Positions 22,333 through 33,486 are shown, counted from the stretch's first letter. The stretch is DNA of 64,000 bases from Gammaproteobacteria bacterium (GCA_034520625.1 JAXHNI010000009.1:97494-161493); one strand, 5' to 3'. Notes: generated from the letters alone by a model not told the origin. Translations and numbers: made by a program.

Positions 22333-22452
22333 GTAGGAGGCGAGCCTTCTCGCCGATTGCGGCTTCGAGCAGCGCCTCATCGGCCAGGGGGCTGGCCTCC
22401 TGCGGGGTAACGACCCCCTCGTGTAGGAGGCGAGCCCCTCGCCGATTGCTGG
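22333..22452. repeat. REP-like element, family 2, composite copy
   Basis: Two direct GTAGGAGGCGAGCC(TT/CC)CTCGCCGATTGC units, each an internal GGCGAG..CTCGCC hairpin, flank a ~63-nt core containing GGCCAGGGGGCTGGCC. A second copy lies at 33540-33637. Confidence 0.8.
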
Positions 22453-22480
22453 ATAGGTCAATATTTGTGGTGGGGGTACA

Positions 22481-23854
22481 CTAACCCCCACTATCGAGAA
22501 CCGGCGCCATCAGCTCGACCTCGTAACCGACGGCATTCCTGGAGGGCTGCGCCAAATTGATGGCAACATCACTGACTTCGCTGGTGGGCAGCAGCTCGCC
22601 GTCTCCGCCCCCACGGTATTCCGACGGCAGGAAGGTGCGGCGCCCGACGACCCGCCCTTCCCGGTCCGTCAGCGTGACCCGCAGGGGCGGATACGGCTGG
22701 GGAAACGCCGCGCGGTTGATCAGGCTGGCCGTGATCTCCAGGGCGCCCGGTCTCTCCGGATTGACATCGATGCTGGTGCCCACCAGATTGATCCGGGCAA
22801 AATCCCGGCGCGGCGGGAGCATACAGTCGAGCGGCCGGCAAACCCATTCAATATACGGCCGCAGCACGGTGACCTGCGCCAGATCCGACAGGTAGTAGGT
22901 TTTCACCTGCCAGACCATCAGCAGCGCCAGCAACACCGTCAGAAGAGACAGGATCGCCGTCTTGAAGGGCCGCGGTTTCGGGAGTTCCACCATTCTGATG
23001 TCGCGCTCCCTGTAAGGAGATCGCAGCGGCGAGCGCCGGCCCGGTTTTGCGGCGGGCTCCGGTTCATCGGAAGGCGGCGCCCGTCCCGGGCGAACGAGTT
23101 GTCGCCCCTCGCGGGCCCCCGACCGGGGTGCCGCTCCGGTCCCGTCGATACCGCCGCTCCCGTTGCCGCGCGTCGCGTCAGACCGGGGGCCTTCCTCGTC
23201 CAGTTCATCGTCGAAAGCGTTCCACAACACCGGTGGCGCTTCGATCGTGATCTCCTCGATGATCTCGCCGGGCAGTTCCGTATCCGCGTCCGTCGTCGAT
23301 CCCTCCTCACCCGGCTCCTCCCGTGCCTGCTCCTCCCGTGCCTGCTCCTCCCGTGCCTGCTCCTCCCGTGCCTGCTCCTCCCGTGCCTGTTCTTCCCGGC
23401 GCGCGTCGTCCCACCATGGCTCGTCCGGCACTTGCTCACCGGCGATACGGGGGTCCGGCAGCACCGGCTCGATCAACATTTCGTCGCGGCTCCCGGGGGC
23501 ACGGTCCGCCTGATCCCCGGCGGCCACCGTCCACCCCGGTTCTTCCCGGACCGCCGGTGGTGGCTTCGCTTCGGATTCGTCCGGTTCCCGGTACGCGTTC
23601 TCCTCGCCGCCGGTTTGCGGCACGCCGGCGGGCGTCTCCGGTGTCGCTTCGATCAGCGGGTCATCGGACGATGCCGTAGCGCGGGATCCTCCGGTTCCCT
23701 CGTCCCCGGCCCGAATCCGGCTGTCATCGACTTCGTTCGTCGGCGCATGGAAGACCGAGTTGCAGTACCCGCAGCGCACTAGGCCGCGGTGCGCGTCGAT
23801 ATCCGTTGGGGAGACGCTGAAAATCGCCTGGCATTTTGGACACTGGCTGTACAT
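22481..23854 (-). CDS. zinc-ribbon (MJ0042-type) / DUF3426-like membrane protein with acidic low-complexity linker
   Basis: 457-aa ORF. The N-terminus is MYSQCPKCQAIFSV...VRCGYCNSVF, followed by a single TM segment and a C-terminal beta-rich domain. It occupies the conserved slot between prmA and dusB. Confidence 0.75.
   Translation of the reverse strand: MYSQCPKCQAIFSVSPTDIDAHRGLVRCGYCNSVFHAPTNEVDDSRIRAGDEGTGGSRATASSDDPLIEATPETPAGVPQTGGEENAYREPDESEAKPPPAVREEPGWTVAAGDQADRAPGSRDEMLIEPVLPDPRIAGEQVPDEPWWDDARREEQAREEQAREEQAREEQAREEQAREEPGEEGSTTDADTELPGEIIEEITIEAPPVLWNAFDDELDEEGPRSDATRGNGSGGIDGTGAAPRSGAREGRQLVRPGRAPPSDEPEPAAKPGRRSPLRSPYRERDIRMVELPKPRPFKTAILSLLTVLLALLMVWQVKTYYLSDLAQVTVLRPYIEWVCRPLDCMLPPRRDFARINLVGTSIDVNPERPGALEITASLINRAAFPQPYPPLRVTLTDREGRVVGRRTFLPSEYRGGGDGELLPTSEVSDVAINLAQPSRNAVGYEVELMAPVLDSGG
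23315..23389. repeat. perfect 15-bp x 5 tandem repeat inside the CDS (encodes REEQA x5)
   Basis: The unit ctcctcccgtgcctg is repeated five times without a mismatch, and a degenerate sixth unit follows. Confidence 0.95.
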
Positions 23855-24153
23855 GATTGATGGTGGACCCGGGTCCGCGCTTTATTCTATTCCAGACGCG
23901 AGGGAATTGCTTGGCACTGCATTGATGGCCGCACTGTTTTCGCCATTCGCGCAACGGGTGCGCCGCAATGCGCGGATTGCTTCGGTCCTTCGACCATCAC
24001 GGAACGAATAACGGGGCGTAGCTGTGGCGAACCCGCCGAACCGGGCTAGTGTAACCTGCCGCTGATACCGCAGCTGCCAGAGCGTTTACGACTTTCGTCG
24101 GCGGGGGGCGCGTTCCCGCAGGTGGTGGCCCGCTCAAAGCACCTCTCTCGCAG

Positions 24154-24263
24154 GGCCGGTGCCGGGGGCCGTCCCCCAGGGCTGTCGAAAACAGGGATGT
24201 TTGAGCCAGAGCGTATAGGGACATATTCACAGCGACCCTGGGGGACGGCCCCCGGCACCGGCC
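24154..24263 (+). repeat. hairpin-ended intergenic element, copy C (short form)
   Basis: 110 bp with perfect 28-bp terminal arms (ggccggtgccgggggccgtcccccaggg and its reverse complement). It lacks about 48 nt of the long-form interior. Confidence 0.9.
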
Positions 24264-24340
24264 CGTTATCTGGCACTGATTTTCTAAGCGGGCCGCGATC
24301 TGCGGGCAGCTGCAAGTTGCTATATCATGGGCGGGGTGCA

Positions 24341-25228
24341 TCAGTCTGCGTTTGCCCGCCTCTTGACGCCGATCAACAGGCACCAGCCGTCGCGCCGCTC
24401 GGCCTCGAACGAGAACTCCGGTTCATAGGCTGATTTCACCTGGTTCGCGTGATCTTCGAGGATACCGGTCAACAGCAGCGTCCCGGCCGGCCGGACGGCG
24501 CGCCTGAGCGTCCCGCTGTGCTTCATGAGGACGCTTGACAGTATATTCGCCACCACCAGGTCATACTCCGTGTTCCCCGACAGGTCTCCGGGCAGCAGCG
24601 CCTCGAAACGGTCAGAGACGCCGTTGCGCGCGGCATTCAGGGTGCTTGTCGACACGGCACGGGGATCGACGTCGACCCCGGTCGCGTGCGCGGCTCCCTT
24701 GAGCAAGCACGCGATGGCGAGGATACCCGAACCGCAGCCGTAGTCCATGACAGTGCACCCGGACCAGTCATGCCCGGAGATCCAGTCCAGGCAGAGCGCC
24801 GTGGTGGCGTGGTCACCGGTACCGAACGCCAGGCCCGGATCTATGATGATGTTCGTGGCCCGGGGGTCGGGCGGCTCGATCCAGCTCGGGCATACCCACA
24901 GGTCACCCCGGTACCTGCGCGGCTCGAATTGTGCCAACCACGCGCGTTCCCAGTCCTGGTCCTCGAGCGGCTTCACCTGCGGGATGAGCTGTTCGTCGAG
25001 GCGGGTGTTCACCCGGCTCGCTACCGACTCCGGGTCGCAGTTTTCATCGAACAGGCCGGTGACTCGGACCATGCGCCAATCCGGTTCCCGGGGCCAGGCG
25101 ATCTCGAAGTAGGCATCCTCCCCGGCATTCTCCCAGGTCACGGACAATGCCCCCGCGGCATCGAGAATTTCGCTCAGCTCACCGGCGCGGCCGCGCTGGA
25201 TCAAAAAGCGCAGTTGGAGATAAGACAC
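24341..25228 (-). CDS. prmA: ribosomal protein L11 methyltransferase
   Basis: 295-aa ORF with IIIDPGLAFGTGDHATT...VMDYGCGSGILAI. Confidence 0.93.
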   Translation of the reverse strand: MSYLQLRFLIQRGRAGELSEILDAAGALSVTWENAGEDAYFEIAWPREPDWRMVRVTGLFDENCDPESVASRVNTRLDEQLIPQVKPLEDQDWERAWLAQFEPRRYRGDLWVCPSWIEPPDPRATNIIIDPGLAFGTGDHATTALCLDWISGHDWSGCTVMDYGCGSGILAIACLLKGAAHATGVDVDPRAVSTSTLNAARNGVSDRFEALLPGDLSGNTEYDLVVANILSSVLMKHSGTLRRAVRPAGTLLLTGILEDHANQVKSAYEPEFSFEAERRDGWCLLIGVKRRANAD

Positions 25229-25231
25229 CTG

Positions 25232-26575
25232 TCAACCGCGCAGAATGCTTTTTTCCAGGTGGTGGATGTTGAAATGCGCGCTCCGGAAGCCGGAGTCCGA
25301 CAGGATGCGCCTGTGCAGCGGGATGTTCGTTTTCACGCCGTCCACGACCATTTCTTCCAGGGCACGCACCATCCTCGCCATCGCCTCCTCTCGGTTGCCG
25401 CCATAGGCGATCACCTTGGCAATAAGGGAATCGTAGTACGGGGGCACCATGTAATTGTTGTAGATATGGGAATCCACTCGGATCCCCGGACCACCGGGCT
25501 GGTGGTACTGCACGATCCGCCCTGGAGACGGTGTGAACGTCTCCGGATCCTCGGCGTTGATGCGGCATTCGATGGAATGCCCCGTAAACTCGATGGCCTC
25601 CTGGCTCACGGACAGCCGCTCGCCGGACGCCACCTTGATCTGTTCCTTCACCAAGTCGACGCCCGTGATCTGCTCAGTGACCGGGTGCTCGACCTGAATG
25701 CGGGTGTTCATCTCGATGAAGAAGAACTCGTCGTCCTGGAAGAGGAACTCGAAAGTACCGGCGCCGCGATAGCCGATTTTCCGGCAGGCCTCCGCGCAGC
25801 GGTCGCCGATTCTGTCGCGCAGGGCCGCATCGATGCCCGGCGCCGGCGCCTCCTCAATGACCTTCTGGTGGCGGCGCTGCATGGAACAGTCGCGGTTGCC
25901 GAAGTGCACGGCGTTGCCGTGCTCGTCCGCCATGACCTGGTATTCGACGTGGCGGGGCCGCTCCAGATACTTCTCCATGTAGACCATGTCGTTGCCGAAA
26001 GCCGCGCGCGCTTCCGACATGGTCAGCGCGATGGAGCTCAGCAGGGACGCATCGTCGTACACCACGCGCATACCCTTGCCGCCGCCGCCTCCGGCCGCCT
26101 TGATGATCACCGGATACCCGATTCGGTTGGCGGCGTCCAGGCTTGCCTCGTCGTCGTCGGTGAGCGGCCCGTCGGAGCCCGGGACGCAGGGCACGCCGGA
26201 TTTCTGCATGGCATTGATGGCCGAGACCTTGTCGCCCATCAGGCGAATCGTTTCCGGGCGCGGACCAACGAAGATGAAACCGCTTTGCTCGACGCGCTCC
26301 GCGAAGTCCGCATTCTCGGCAAGAAAACCGTATCCGGGATGGATGGCCGAGGCGGCCGTGACTTCGGCGGCGGCAATGACCGCGGGTATATTGAGATAGC
26401 TGTCCCGGGCGGCCGGCGGGCCGATACAGACGGACTCGTCCGCCAGCTTGACGTACTTGGCGTCCCGGTCGGCCTCGGAATGTATCGCAACGGTCCGGAT
26501 ACCCAGCTCCCGGCAGGCGCGCTGAACACGCAGCGCGATTTCGCCGCGATTGGCGATGACGATCTTCTCAATCAT
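25232..26575 (-). CDS. accC: acetyl-CoA carboxylase biotin carboxylase subunit
   Basis: 447-aa ORF beginning [17 protein letters not shown], with a full-length AccC match. Confidence 0.97.
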   Translation of the reverse strand: MIEKIVIANRGEIALRVQRACRELGIRTVAIHSEADRDAKYVKLADESVCIGPPAARDSYLNIPAVIAAAEVTAASAIHPGYGFLAENADFAERVEQSGFIFVGPRPETIRLMGDKVSAINAMQKSGVPCVPGSDGPLTDDDEASLDAANRIGYPVIIKAAGGGGGKGMRVVYDDASLLSSIALTMSEARAAFGNDMVYMEKYLERPRHVEYQVMADEHGNAVHFGNRDCSMQRRHQKVIEEAPAPGIDAALRDRIGDRCAEACRKIGYRGAGTFEFLFQDDEFFFIEMNTRIQVEHPVTEQITGVDLVKEQIKVASGERLSVSQEAIEFTGHSIECRINAEDPETFTPSPGRIVQYHQPGGPGIRVDSHIYNNYMVPPYYDSLIAKVIAYGGNREEAMARMVRALEEMVVDGVKTNIPLHRRILSDSGFRSAHFNIHHLEKSILRG

Positions 26576-26580
26576 GGGCG

Positions 26581-27054
26581 CTACTGGATAACAAACAGTA
26601 GCTCACCGTACTCCACGGCTTCACCGCTGCCTTTCTGTATATGGACGACGGTGCCCGAGGTATCGGACTCGATCTGGTTGAAAATCTTCATCGCCTCGAT
26701 CACGCACAGCGTATCACCGGCCTGCACCTTACTGCCCACGGTGACGAAAGGCTCCGCATCGGGTTCCGGCGACGAGTAGTACGTACCGACCATGGGCGAG
26801 GTTACCTGGTGGCCGCCGGGGATGTCCGAAGCCTTTGCCGAGTCGGAACCGTCCTGGCCGGCGTAGCGCACGGCCGCCGATTGCTGCGTATGCGTATCGG
26901 GAACCGGCATCGTGTGCATCACCGCCGGCGCATGATGGACCGCGGGGGAACCCCGGCTCAATCGAATGGATTCCTCGCCTTCGCGGATTTCCATCTCGTT
27001 CAGGTTCGATTCCTCGAGCAGCTCTATGAGTTTCTTGACTTTTCTGAGGTCCAT
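26581..27054 (-). CDS. accB: acetyl-CoA carboxylase biotin carboxyl carrier protein
   Basis: 157-aa product [16 protein letters not shown]...[13 protein letters not shown], with the biotinyl-Lys motif EAMK. The track ORF is over-extended upstream. Confidence 0.93.
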   Translation of the reverse strand: MDLRKVKKLIELLEESNLNEMEIREGEESIRLSRGSPAVHHAPAVMHTMPVPDTHTQQSAAVRYAGQDGSDSAKASDIPGGHQVTSPMVGTYYSSPEPDAEPFVTVGSKVQAGDTLCVIEAMKIFNQIESDTSGTVVHIQKGSGEAVEYGELLFVIQ

Positions 27055-27497
27055 TTTTCCTTCTCTGTGAGTTGGTCGATTGCCGCCTGCAGAGCCAGCT
27101 CGTAGCCTGTCGCGCCGAGGCCGGTGATCACGCCCGCGGCCAGGTCCGAAAGGTAGGAATGGCGGCGAAACGGCTCGCGGGCGTGCACATTCGACAGATG
27201 CACCTCGATGAACGGAATGCCCACCGCGGCCAGCGCATCCCGGAGTGCCACGCTTGTGTGGGTAAAAGCCGCCGGGTTGATGATGATGAAATCCTCGCTG
27301 CCGGCCGCCCCCTGGATGCGTTCCAGCAGCTCGTGCTCGGCGTTGCTCTGAACACAGACCACCCGGTGACCCGCCGACTCCGCGGCCCGTTCGAGCCGGC
27401 GGTTGATGTCCTGGAGGGAAGTGTTGCCGTAATACCCGGGTTCCCGGGTACCCAGCAGATTCAGGTTGGGCCCGTGTATGACAAGGATCGTCGACAT
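27024..27497 (-). CDS. aroQ: type II 3-dehydroquinate dehydratase
   Basis: 157-aa ORF with [19 protein letters not shown]...[12 protein letters not shown]...EVHLSN. Its 3' end overlaps the accB start by 31 nt. Confidence 0.93.
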   Translation of the reverse strand: MSTILVIHGPNLNLLGTREPGYYGNTSLQDINRRLERAAESAGHRVVCVQSNAEHELLERIQGAAGSEDFIIINPAAFTHTSVALRDALAAVGIPFIEVHLSNVHAREPFRRHSYLSDLAAGVITGLGATGYELALQAAIDQLTEKEKWTSEKSRNS

Positions 27498-27693
27498 ACC
27501 CGTACGCGGTTGTGTTATCCGGTCCAGTCTGCCGGAATTGAAAGTTCAAGTCCAGTTGATAACCGGTTCGACGGAGTTGGAGGATATTGACCCGGGGAAC
27601 GACCTTCGGGACGAAGGGTGCGTGTCCGTTGAAACGCAGCCCGCGACGCTTTTGCCGCATCCAGACCCGATTGCGGCGACAACCATTGCCGCG

Positions 27694-29952
27694 CTACCGG
27701 CGGCGCAACGGCTCGACGTGACGCAGGAACGCTTCGCTGTCCATGTAGCCGTAGCGGCGCATGTCGCGCAGCTCGTTGCCGCGCTCATCGAAAAAGAGCA
27801 TCGCGGGCGGTCCGAACACGCCATGGGACCGCTTAATGGCGCGCGTACCCCCATCGTTCGGGTCGGTGACATCGACCTGTACCAGCATGAACTGCTCGTT
27901 CAGGACCCGGACAACCGCCGGATCGGTGAAAGTGGTCTTCTCCATGCGCACGCAGTCCACGCACCAGTCCGCATAGTAATCCACCATCACCGGCTTGCCC
28001 CGGTCCCGGGCCGTGACCATGAGCCGGGCGAGCTGTTCCCGGTCGGCCACCCGCTGGAACTGCGCATGCAATCCGGGCTGGCGATCCGGCGCCCCACTCA
28101 ACGCCCCGACATCGACGGGCCTGAGGATGTCCCGGCCGCCCTGCAGTCCCCCCAGGACCGCCAGCACGCCCCAGGCCACCAACGCCGCCGCCATTACCTG
28201 CCGCAGCACTCTCCAGCGTGCTGCCTCACCTTCAATGCCGTGCGCGCCCAGATAAACGGCAGTACCCAGGAACAGCGCCGCCCACAGATAGAGAACGGGC
28301 ACCGACGGTATGGCACCCAGCAGATAGACCGCCACCCCGAGCAGCATCACCCCGAACACGTGCTTAACCCGCTCCATCCAGGGTCCGGCCCGTGGCAGTA
28401 GATAGCCAAAGCCGAATCCCATGGCAACCAGGAACACACCCATTCCAAGGGCCATGGAGAACATGATGGCGCCCCCCAGTACCGGATCACCGCGGTTGAT
28501 GGCCAGGCCCAGGATGGAGATCAGGATCGGGGATACGCACGCGCCGACGATCAGGGCGGACAGCACACCCATGACGAACACCCCGCCGAATGCACCGGCT
28601 CTCAAACCCGTGGCCCTGTGCTGCAGACGGGTCTGGATGGCGGAGGGCATCCTCAGCTCATAAAGGCCGAACATGGACAAGGCCATGAGCACCATCAGCA
28701 GGGCAATGAAGCCGACGGCCCAGATGTTCTGGAAATACGCCTGGAGCTGATCGCCGGTGAGCCCCGCCACGATCCCCACCACCGTATAGGTGGCGGCGGT
28801 TCCCAGTACGTACACGGATGCCAGACCGCCGCCGCGCAGGCGGGTGATGCCGACGCCCTGTCCGACGATGATTCCCGCCAGTATTGGCACCATGGGCAGT
28901 ACGCAGGGCGTGAATGTCAGCAGCACGCCGGATACGAACGCCAGCACCACCGGCCAATAGCCGGCCTGGAAGCCGGACTCCCCGGCGGTTGAGGATCCCG
29001 ACCCCGGCGCCGCCATCGCTTCCCCGGCGCCGGGCAGGCGCACTTGGACGGTCTTCTCCATTGGCGGGTAGCAGATGCCGTCCTCCGCGCAGCCCTGGTA
29101 GCTGAGCACGAAGTTCGCCTTGCGGCCCGCCCGTGACAATTCCCCCGCCAGGGACACCTGGCCGTCGACGCCGCCGTAGTACACGACAGTATCCCCGAAG
29201 TATTCGTCCGTTTTTCTGGTGCCTTCCGGCAGCTCGAGGCCGGTGACCTCCAGCGAGGGGCTCCTGCTCTCCACCCCGAGCTTGTCACGGTAGAGGTAAT
29301 AGCCGGGCTCGATGAAGAACCGCGCGAGCAGCGTATCGTGGCCCATGGCGGTGAGCTCGAAACGGAACGCGTCATCCGGATGGAGGAAGTCCGTTTGCCC
29401 GGCACTGCCTCCCAGCAGGACATCCGCGGCATCCTCCACCGCCGGCGTTGCCGGCGACTGGATCATGGAGGATTGCGGCGGCGACGCCGCAGTGAGCTCG
29501 ACGATGGTGCGCACGGCCACCGGCGGATAGCAGACCCCGAGCGGCTCATTGCAGCCCTGGCCCACCGCTTCGATTACGAAGCCGGTCAAGCCGTCGGCAA
29601 TCGGCTCGACGGGGACCGTGAAGGTGACTTCCGACTCGTAGGTCACCACCTCGCCGAAGATCTCGTCGTGCCTCGTCTCGCCCTCGGGAAACGACGGATC
29701 GCCCAGCACGACCCCGCCTTCCGGTGCGCTTACCGAGAACGCCTGCTGGTACATGTAATGGTCGTCGGCGATGCGCCAGGTCACGGCCAGGGTTTCGGGA
29801 CCGGCCATTCGAGCCTCCAGCCGGAATGCCCGGGCCGGGTCCAGCAGATCCTGGCCGCCCGCCGGGCTCCCGGCCCCCAGCACCACGAGCGCGAGCGCCG
29901 GGGCGCCGATCCGCCGCAGCACAAGCAACAAAGACTCGATGAAACCACTCAT
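27694..29952 (-). CDS. dsbD: thiol:disulfide interchange protein DsbD with duplicated N-terminal domain
   Basis: 752-aa ORF. It has two consecutive nDsbD-like domains (…GQGCNEPLGVCYPP and …YQGCAEDGICYPP), a TM core (FTPCVLPM…GACVSP), and a C-terminal thioredoxin domain (WCVDC). Confidence 0.9.
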   Translation of the reverse strand: MSGFIESLLLVLRRIGAPALALVVLGAGSPAGGQDLLDPARAFRLEARMAGPETLAVTWRIADDHYMYQQAFSVSAPEGGVVLGDPSFPEGETRHDEIFGEVVTYESEVTFTVPVEPIADGLTGFVIEAVGQGCNEPLGVCYPPVAVRTIVELTAASPPQSSMIQSPATPAVEDAADVLLGGSAGQTDFLHPDDAFRFELTAMGHDTLLARFFIEPGYYLYRDKLGVESRSPSLEVTGLELPEGTRKTDEYFGDTVVYYGGVDGQVSLAGELSRAGRKANFVLSYQGCAEDGICYPPMEKTVQVRLPGAGEAMAAPGSGSSTAGESGFQAGYWPVVLAFVSGVLLTFTPCVLPMVPILAGIIVGQGVGITRLRGGGLASVYVLGTAATYTVVGIVAGLTGDQLQAYFQNIWAVGFIALLMVLMALSMFGLYELRMPSAIQTRLQHRATGLRAGAFGGVFVMGVLSALIVGACVSPILISILGLAINRGDPVLGGAIMFSMALGMGVFLVAMGFGFGYLLPRAGPWMERVKHVFGVMLLGVAVYLLGAIPSVPVLYLWAALFLGTAVYLGAHGIEGEAARWRVLRQVMAAALVAWGVLAVLGGLQGGRDILRPVDVGALSGAPDRQPGLHAQFQRVADREQLARLMVTARDRGKPVMVDYYADWCVDCVRMEKTTFTDPAVVRVLNEQFMLVQVDVTDPNDGGTRAIKRSHGVFGPPAMLFFDERGNELRDMRRYGYMDSEAFLRHVEPLRRR

Positions 29953-30078
29953 TGGTAAACCCTTTCAGCACGCTCCGTCAGCGGCGCGTAGCATAGACGT
30001 ACGGGCCTCGTCCGTCGAAGGCGGGAGACCCATTGTTGAGACAACCGAATGCCGGGAAGTTTCTGAAGCGCCCTGAAT

Positions 30079-30882
30079 ATGCCCGATTCAAGCAACGACC
30101 GGCCGCGCAGCGGACGCCAGGAAGGTGAAGAAGACTGGCAGCTGGCGGTGGACGGAGGCTCGACCCTTCGCGGTTTCCGTCGCCATGGCGAAGAGCGCCG
30201 CGCCGGCGTGTTCATACACGGATTCCGGTCCCACTGCGACGGCGAAAAAGCCCGGTACCTGTCCGCGCGGGCGGGCATGCGGGAATGGGGCTGGCTTCGA
30301 TTCGACCAGCGCGGCTGCGGGCGGTCGACCGGTGAGTTCCGGCGCTTCACCGTCAGCGGCGCTATCGACGACCTGCTGCGGGTGCTGGATGCTCTGGATG
30401 CGCCGTCGTACATCCTGGTGGGCTCGAGCCTCGGCGCGCTGGTGGCAGTCCATGCGGCCCGCGCCGGCCGCCACCGTATCGACGGGCTGGTACTGATCGC
30501 ACCGGCGCTGCGGTTCACGGACCGGCTGATTCATGACCAGCTAGACGGGCGGGCGCTGGCGGCATGGCGTCGCCGCGGCTACCGCTGGTTCCCCGATCTG
30601 TATGCCGGCGGCTGCTACCGACTGGACCACGCATTCTGCGCCGACGCCTTGCGTTACGGGGAACCGCCCGGCAAGCTGCCCTGCCCCGTGCATGTGATCC
30701 ACGGCAGCCGGGACGAGCTGCTGCCGCTGCGGGATACCGAAAACTGGCTGGCGGGGCTGGATTGCCCCGCGGCGGGGCTTGAAATCGTCGACGGCGGAGA
30801 CCATCGGTTAAACGCATGGAGTGACGTGATCACCCGCTACACCGAAATCCTCTGGAACGAGACCCGCAAATCATGCGCCTAG
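30079..30882 (+). CDS. alpha/beta-fold hydrolase
   Basis: 267-aa ORF with HGF oxyanion region, nucleophile elbow VGSSLG, and C-terminal D...H (GGDHRL). Confidence 0.7.
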   Translation: MPDSSNDRPRSGRQEGEEDWQLAVDGGSTLRGFRRHGEERRAGVFIHGFRSHCDGEKARYLSARAGMREWGWLRFDQRGCGRSTGEFRRFTVSGAIDDLLRVLDALDAPSYILVGSSLGALVAVHAARAGRHRIDGLVLIAPALRFTDRLIHDQLDGRALAAWRRRGYRWFPDLYAGGCYRLDHAFCADALRYGEPPGKLPCPVHVIHGSRDELLPLRDTENWLAGLDCPAAGLEIVDGGDHRLNAWSDVITRYTEILWNETRKSCA

Positions 30883-31334
30883 GCCCGGCCCTGTTCATCA
30901 TTTTTCTGCTCGTCCCGCTGTTCGAGATCTACCTCCTGCTGGAAGTGGGCGGCATCATCGGGGTCGGCTGGACCATTTTCGCCGTGGTTTTCACCGCCGT
31001 TCTGGGGGCCGCCCTCGTACGCATGCAGGGCTTTTCCACCGTGAACCGGATCCGCAGCCAGATGGACCAGGGGCAGCTGCCGGCCGTGGAGCTGTTTGAA
31101 GGCATATTCCTGCTGGTGGCGGGGGCGCTGCTCCTGACCCCGGGATTCTTCACCGACGCCATCGGCTTCGCCTGCCTGACGCCGCCGTTCCGGCGGGCCG
31201 TGATCCACTACCTCATTCGGCGGGGCACCATCGTCCACGGACGCGCCGGACCAGGGGGCCCGGGCGGTCCGGACTCGGCGGGACCCGCGCCCGGCGAGCC
31301 GCTGGAGGGGCAGTACCGCCGGATGGACGACTGA
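30873..31334 (+). CDS. fxsA: FxsA family membrane protein
   Basis: 153-aa ORF with LVPLFEIYLLLEVGGIIG...LLLTPGFFTD. It occupies the conserved position upstream of groES. Confidence 0.8.
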   Translation: MRLGPALFIIFLLVPLFEIYLLLEVGGIIGVGWTIFAVVFTAVLGAALVRMQGFSTVNRIRSQMDQGQLPAVELFEGIFLLVAGALLLTPGFFTDAIGFACLTPPFRRAVIHYLIRRGTIVHGRAGPGGPGGPDSAGPAPGEPLEGQYRRMDD

Positions 31335-31350
31335 GAAATCCACCCCTGCC

Positions 31351-31378
31351 CTTGACATCCGCAACTTCGCCCCTATTA
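31351..31378 (+). promoter_or_regulatory. sigma-32 (RpoH)-type heat-shock promoter of groESL
   Basis: CCCTTGACA-N12-CCCCTATTA compares with the consensus CCCTTGAA-N13/14-CCCCATNTA. It lies about 90 nt upstream of the groES ATG. Confidence 0.55.
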
Positions 31379-31405
31379 TTAGCACTCAACTTAGGTGAGT
31401 GCCAA
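31379..31405 (+). promoter_or_regulatory. CIRCE operator (HrcA binding site)
   Basis: TTAGCACTC-N9-GAGTGCCAA matches the consensus TTAGCACTC-N9-GAGTGCTAA at 17 of 18 positions. It directly abuts the putative -10 element. Confidence 0.75.
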
Positions 31406-31467
31406 GCGGCACAAAACTCAAGTATTTTCAAATGGTTAACCTATCTTAATTGAGGAGGCAGAGAAAA

Positions 31468-31755
31468 ATGGCTATCCGTCCATTGCACGATCGTGTGCTG
31501 GTGCGCCGGGTCGAGGAAGAGAAAACGACCCCCGGCGGCATCGTCATCCCCGACACCGCGGCCGAAAAACCCATGCAGGGTGAAGTCGTCGCCGTGGGCA
31601 ACGGCAAACTCCAGGACAACGGCGAAGTCCGCAGTCTGGAAGTGAAAGCCGGCGACAAGGTGCTGTTCGGCAAGTATTCCGGCACCGAAGTCAAAGTCGA
31701 CAACGAAGACCTGCTCGTGATGCGTGAAGACGACATCATGGGCATCATTGAATAA
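31468..31755 (+). CDS. groES: co-chaperonin GroES
   Basis: The product begins [18 protein letters not shown], with a GGAGG Shine-Dalgarno about 10 nt upstream. The track start at 31450 is a TTG extension. Confidence 0.97.
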   Translation: MAIRPLHDRVLVRRVEEEKTTPGGIVIPDTAAEKPMQGEVVAVGNGKLQDNGEVRSLEVKAGDKVLFGKYSGTEVKVDNEDLLVMREDDIMGIIE

Positions 31756-33426
<1,671 letters not shown>

Positions 33427-33454
33427 GCTGCCTTTTCAAAGCCTCAAGCAGTAG

Positions 33455-33486
33455 AAAAAGCCCCGCCTCGCGCGGGGCTTTTTTTG
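33455..33486 (+). terminator. rho-independent terminator of groESL
   Basis: A GCCCCGC / GCGGGGC stem with a 5-nt loop is followed by T7. Confidence 0.85.

Noticed and set aside
23912-23926. Sigma-54-like TGGCAC-N4-TTGA motif
   Set aside because: The spacing is one base short, and the -12 element is TTGA rather than TTGC. It also points away from any downstream gene on that strand.
24686-26779. 697-aa ORF antisense to prmA/accC/accB
   Set aside because: It spans three real genes on the other strand and has no domain signatures.
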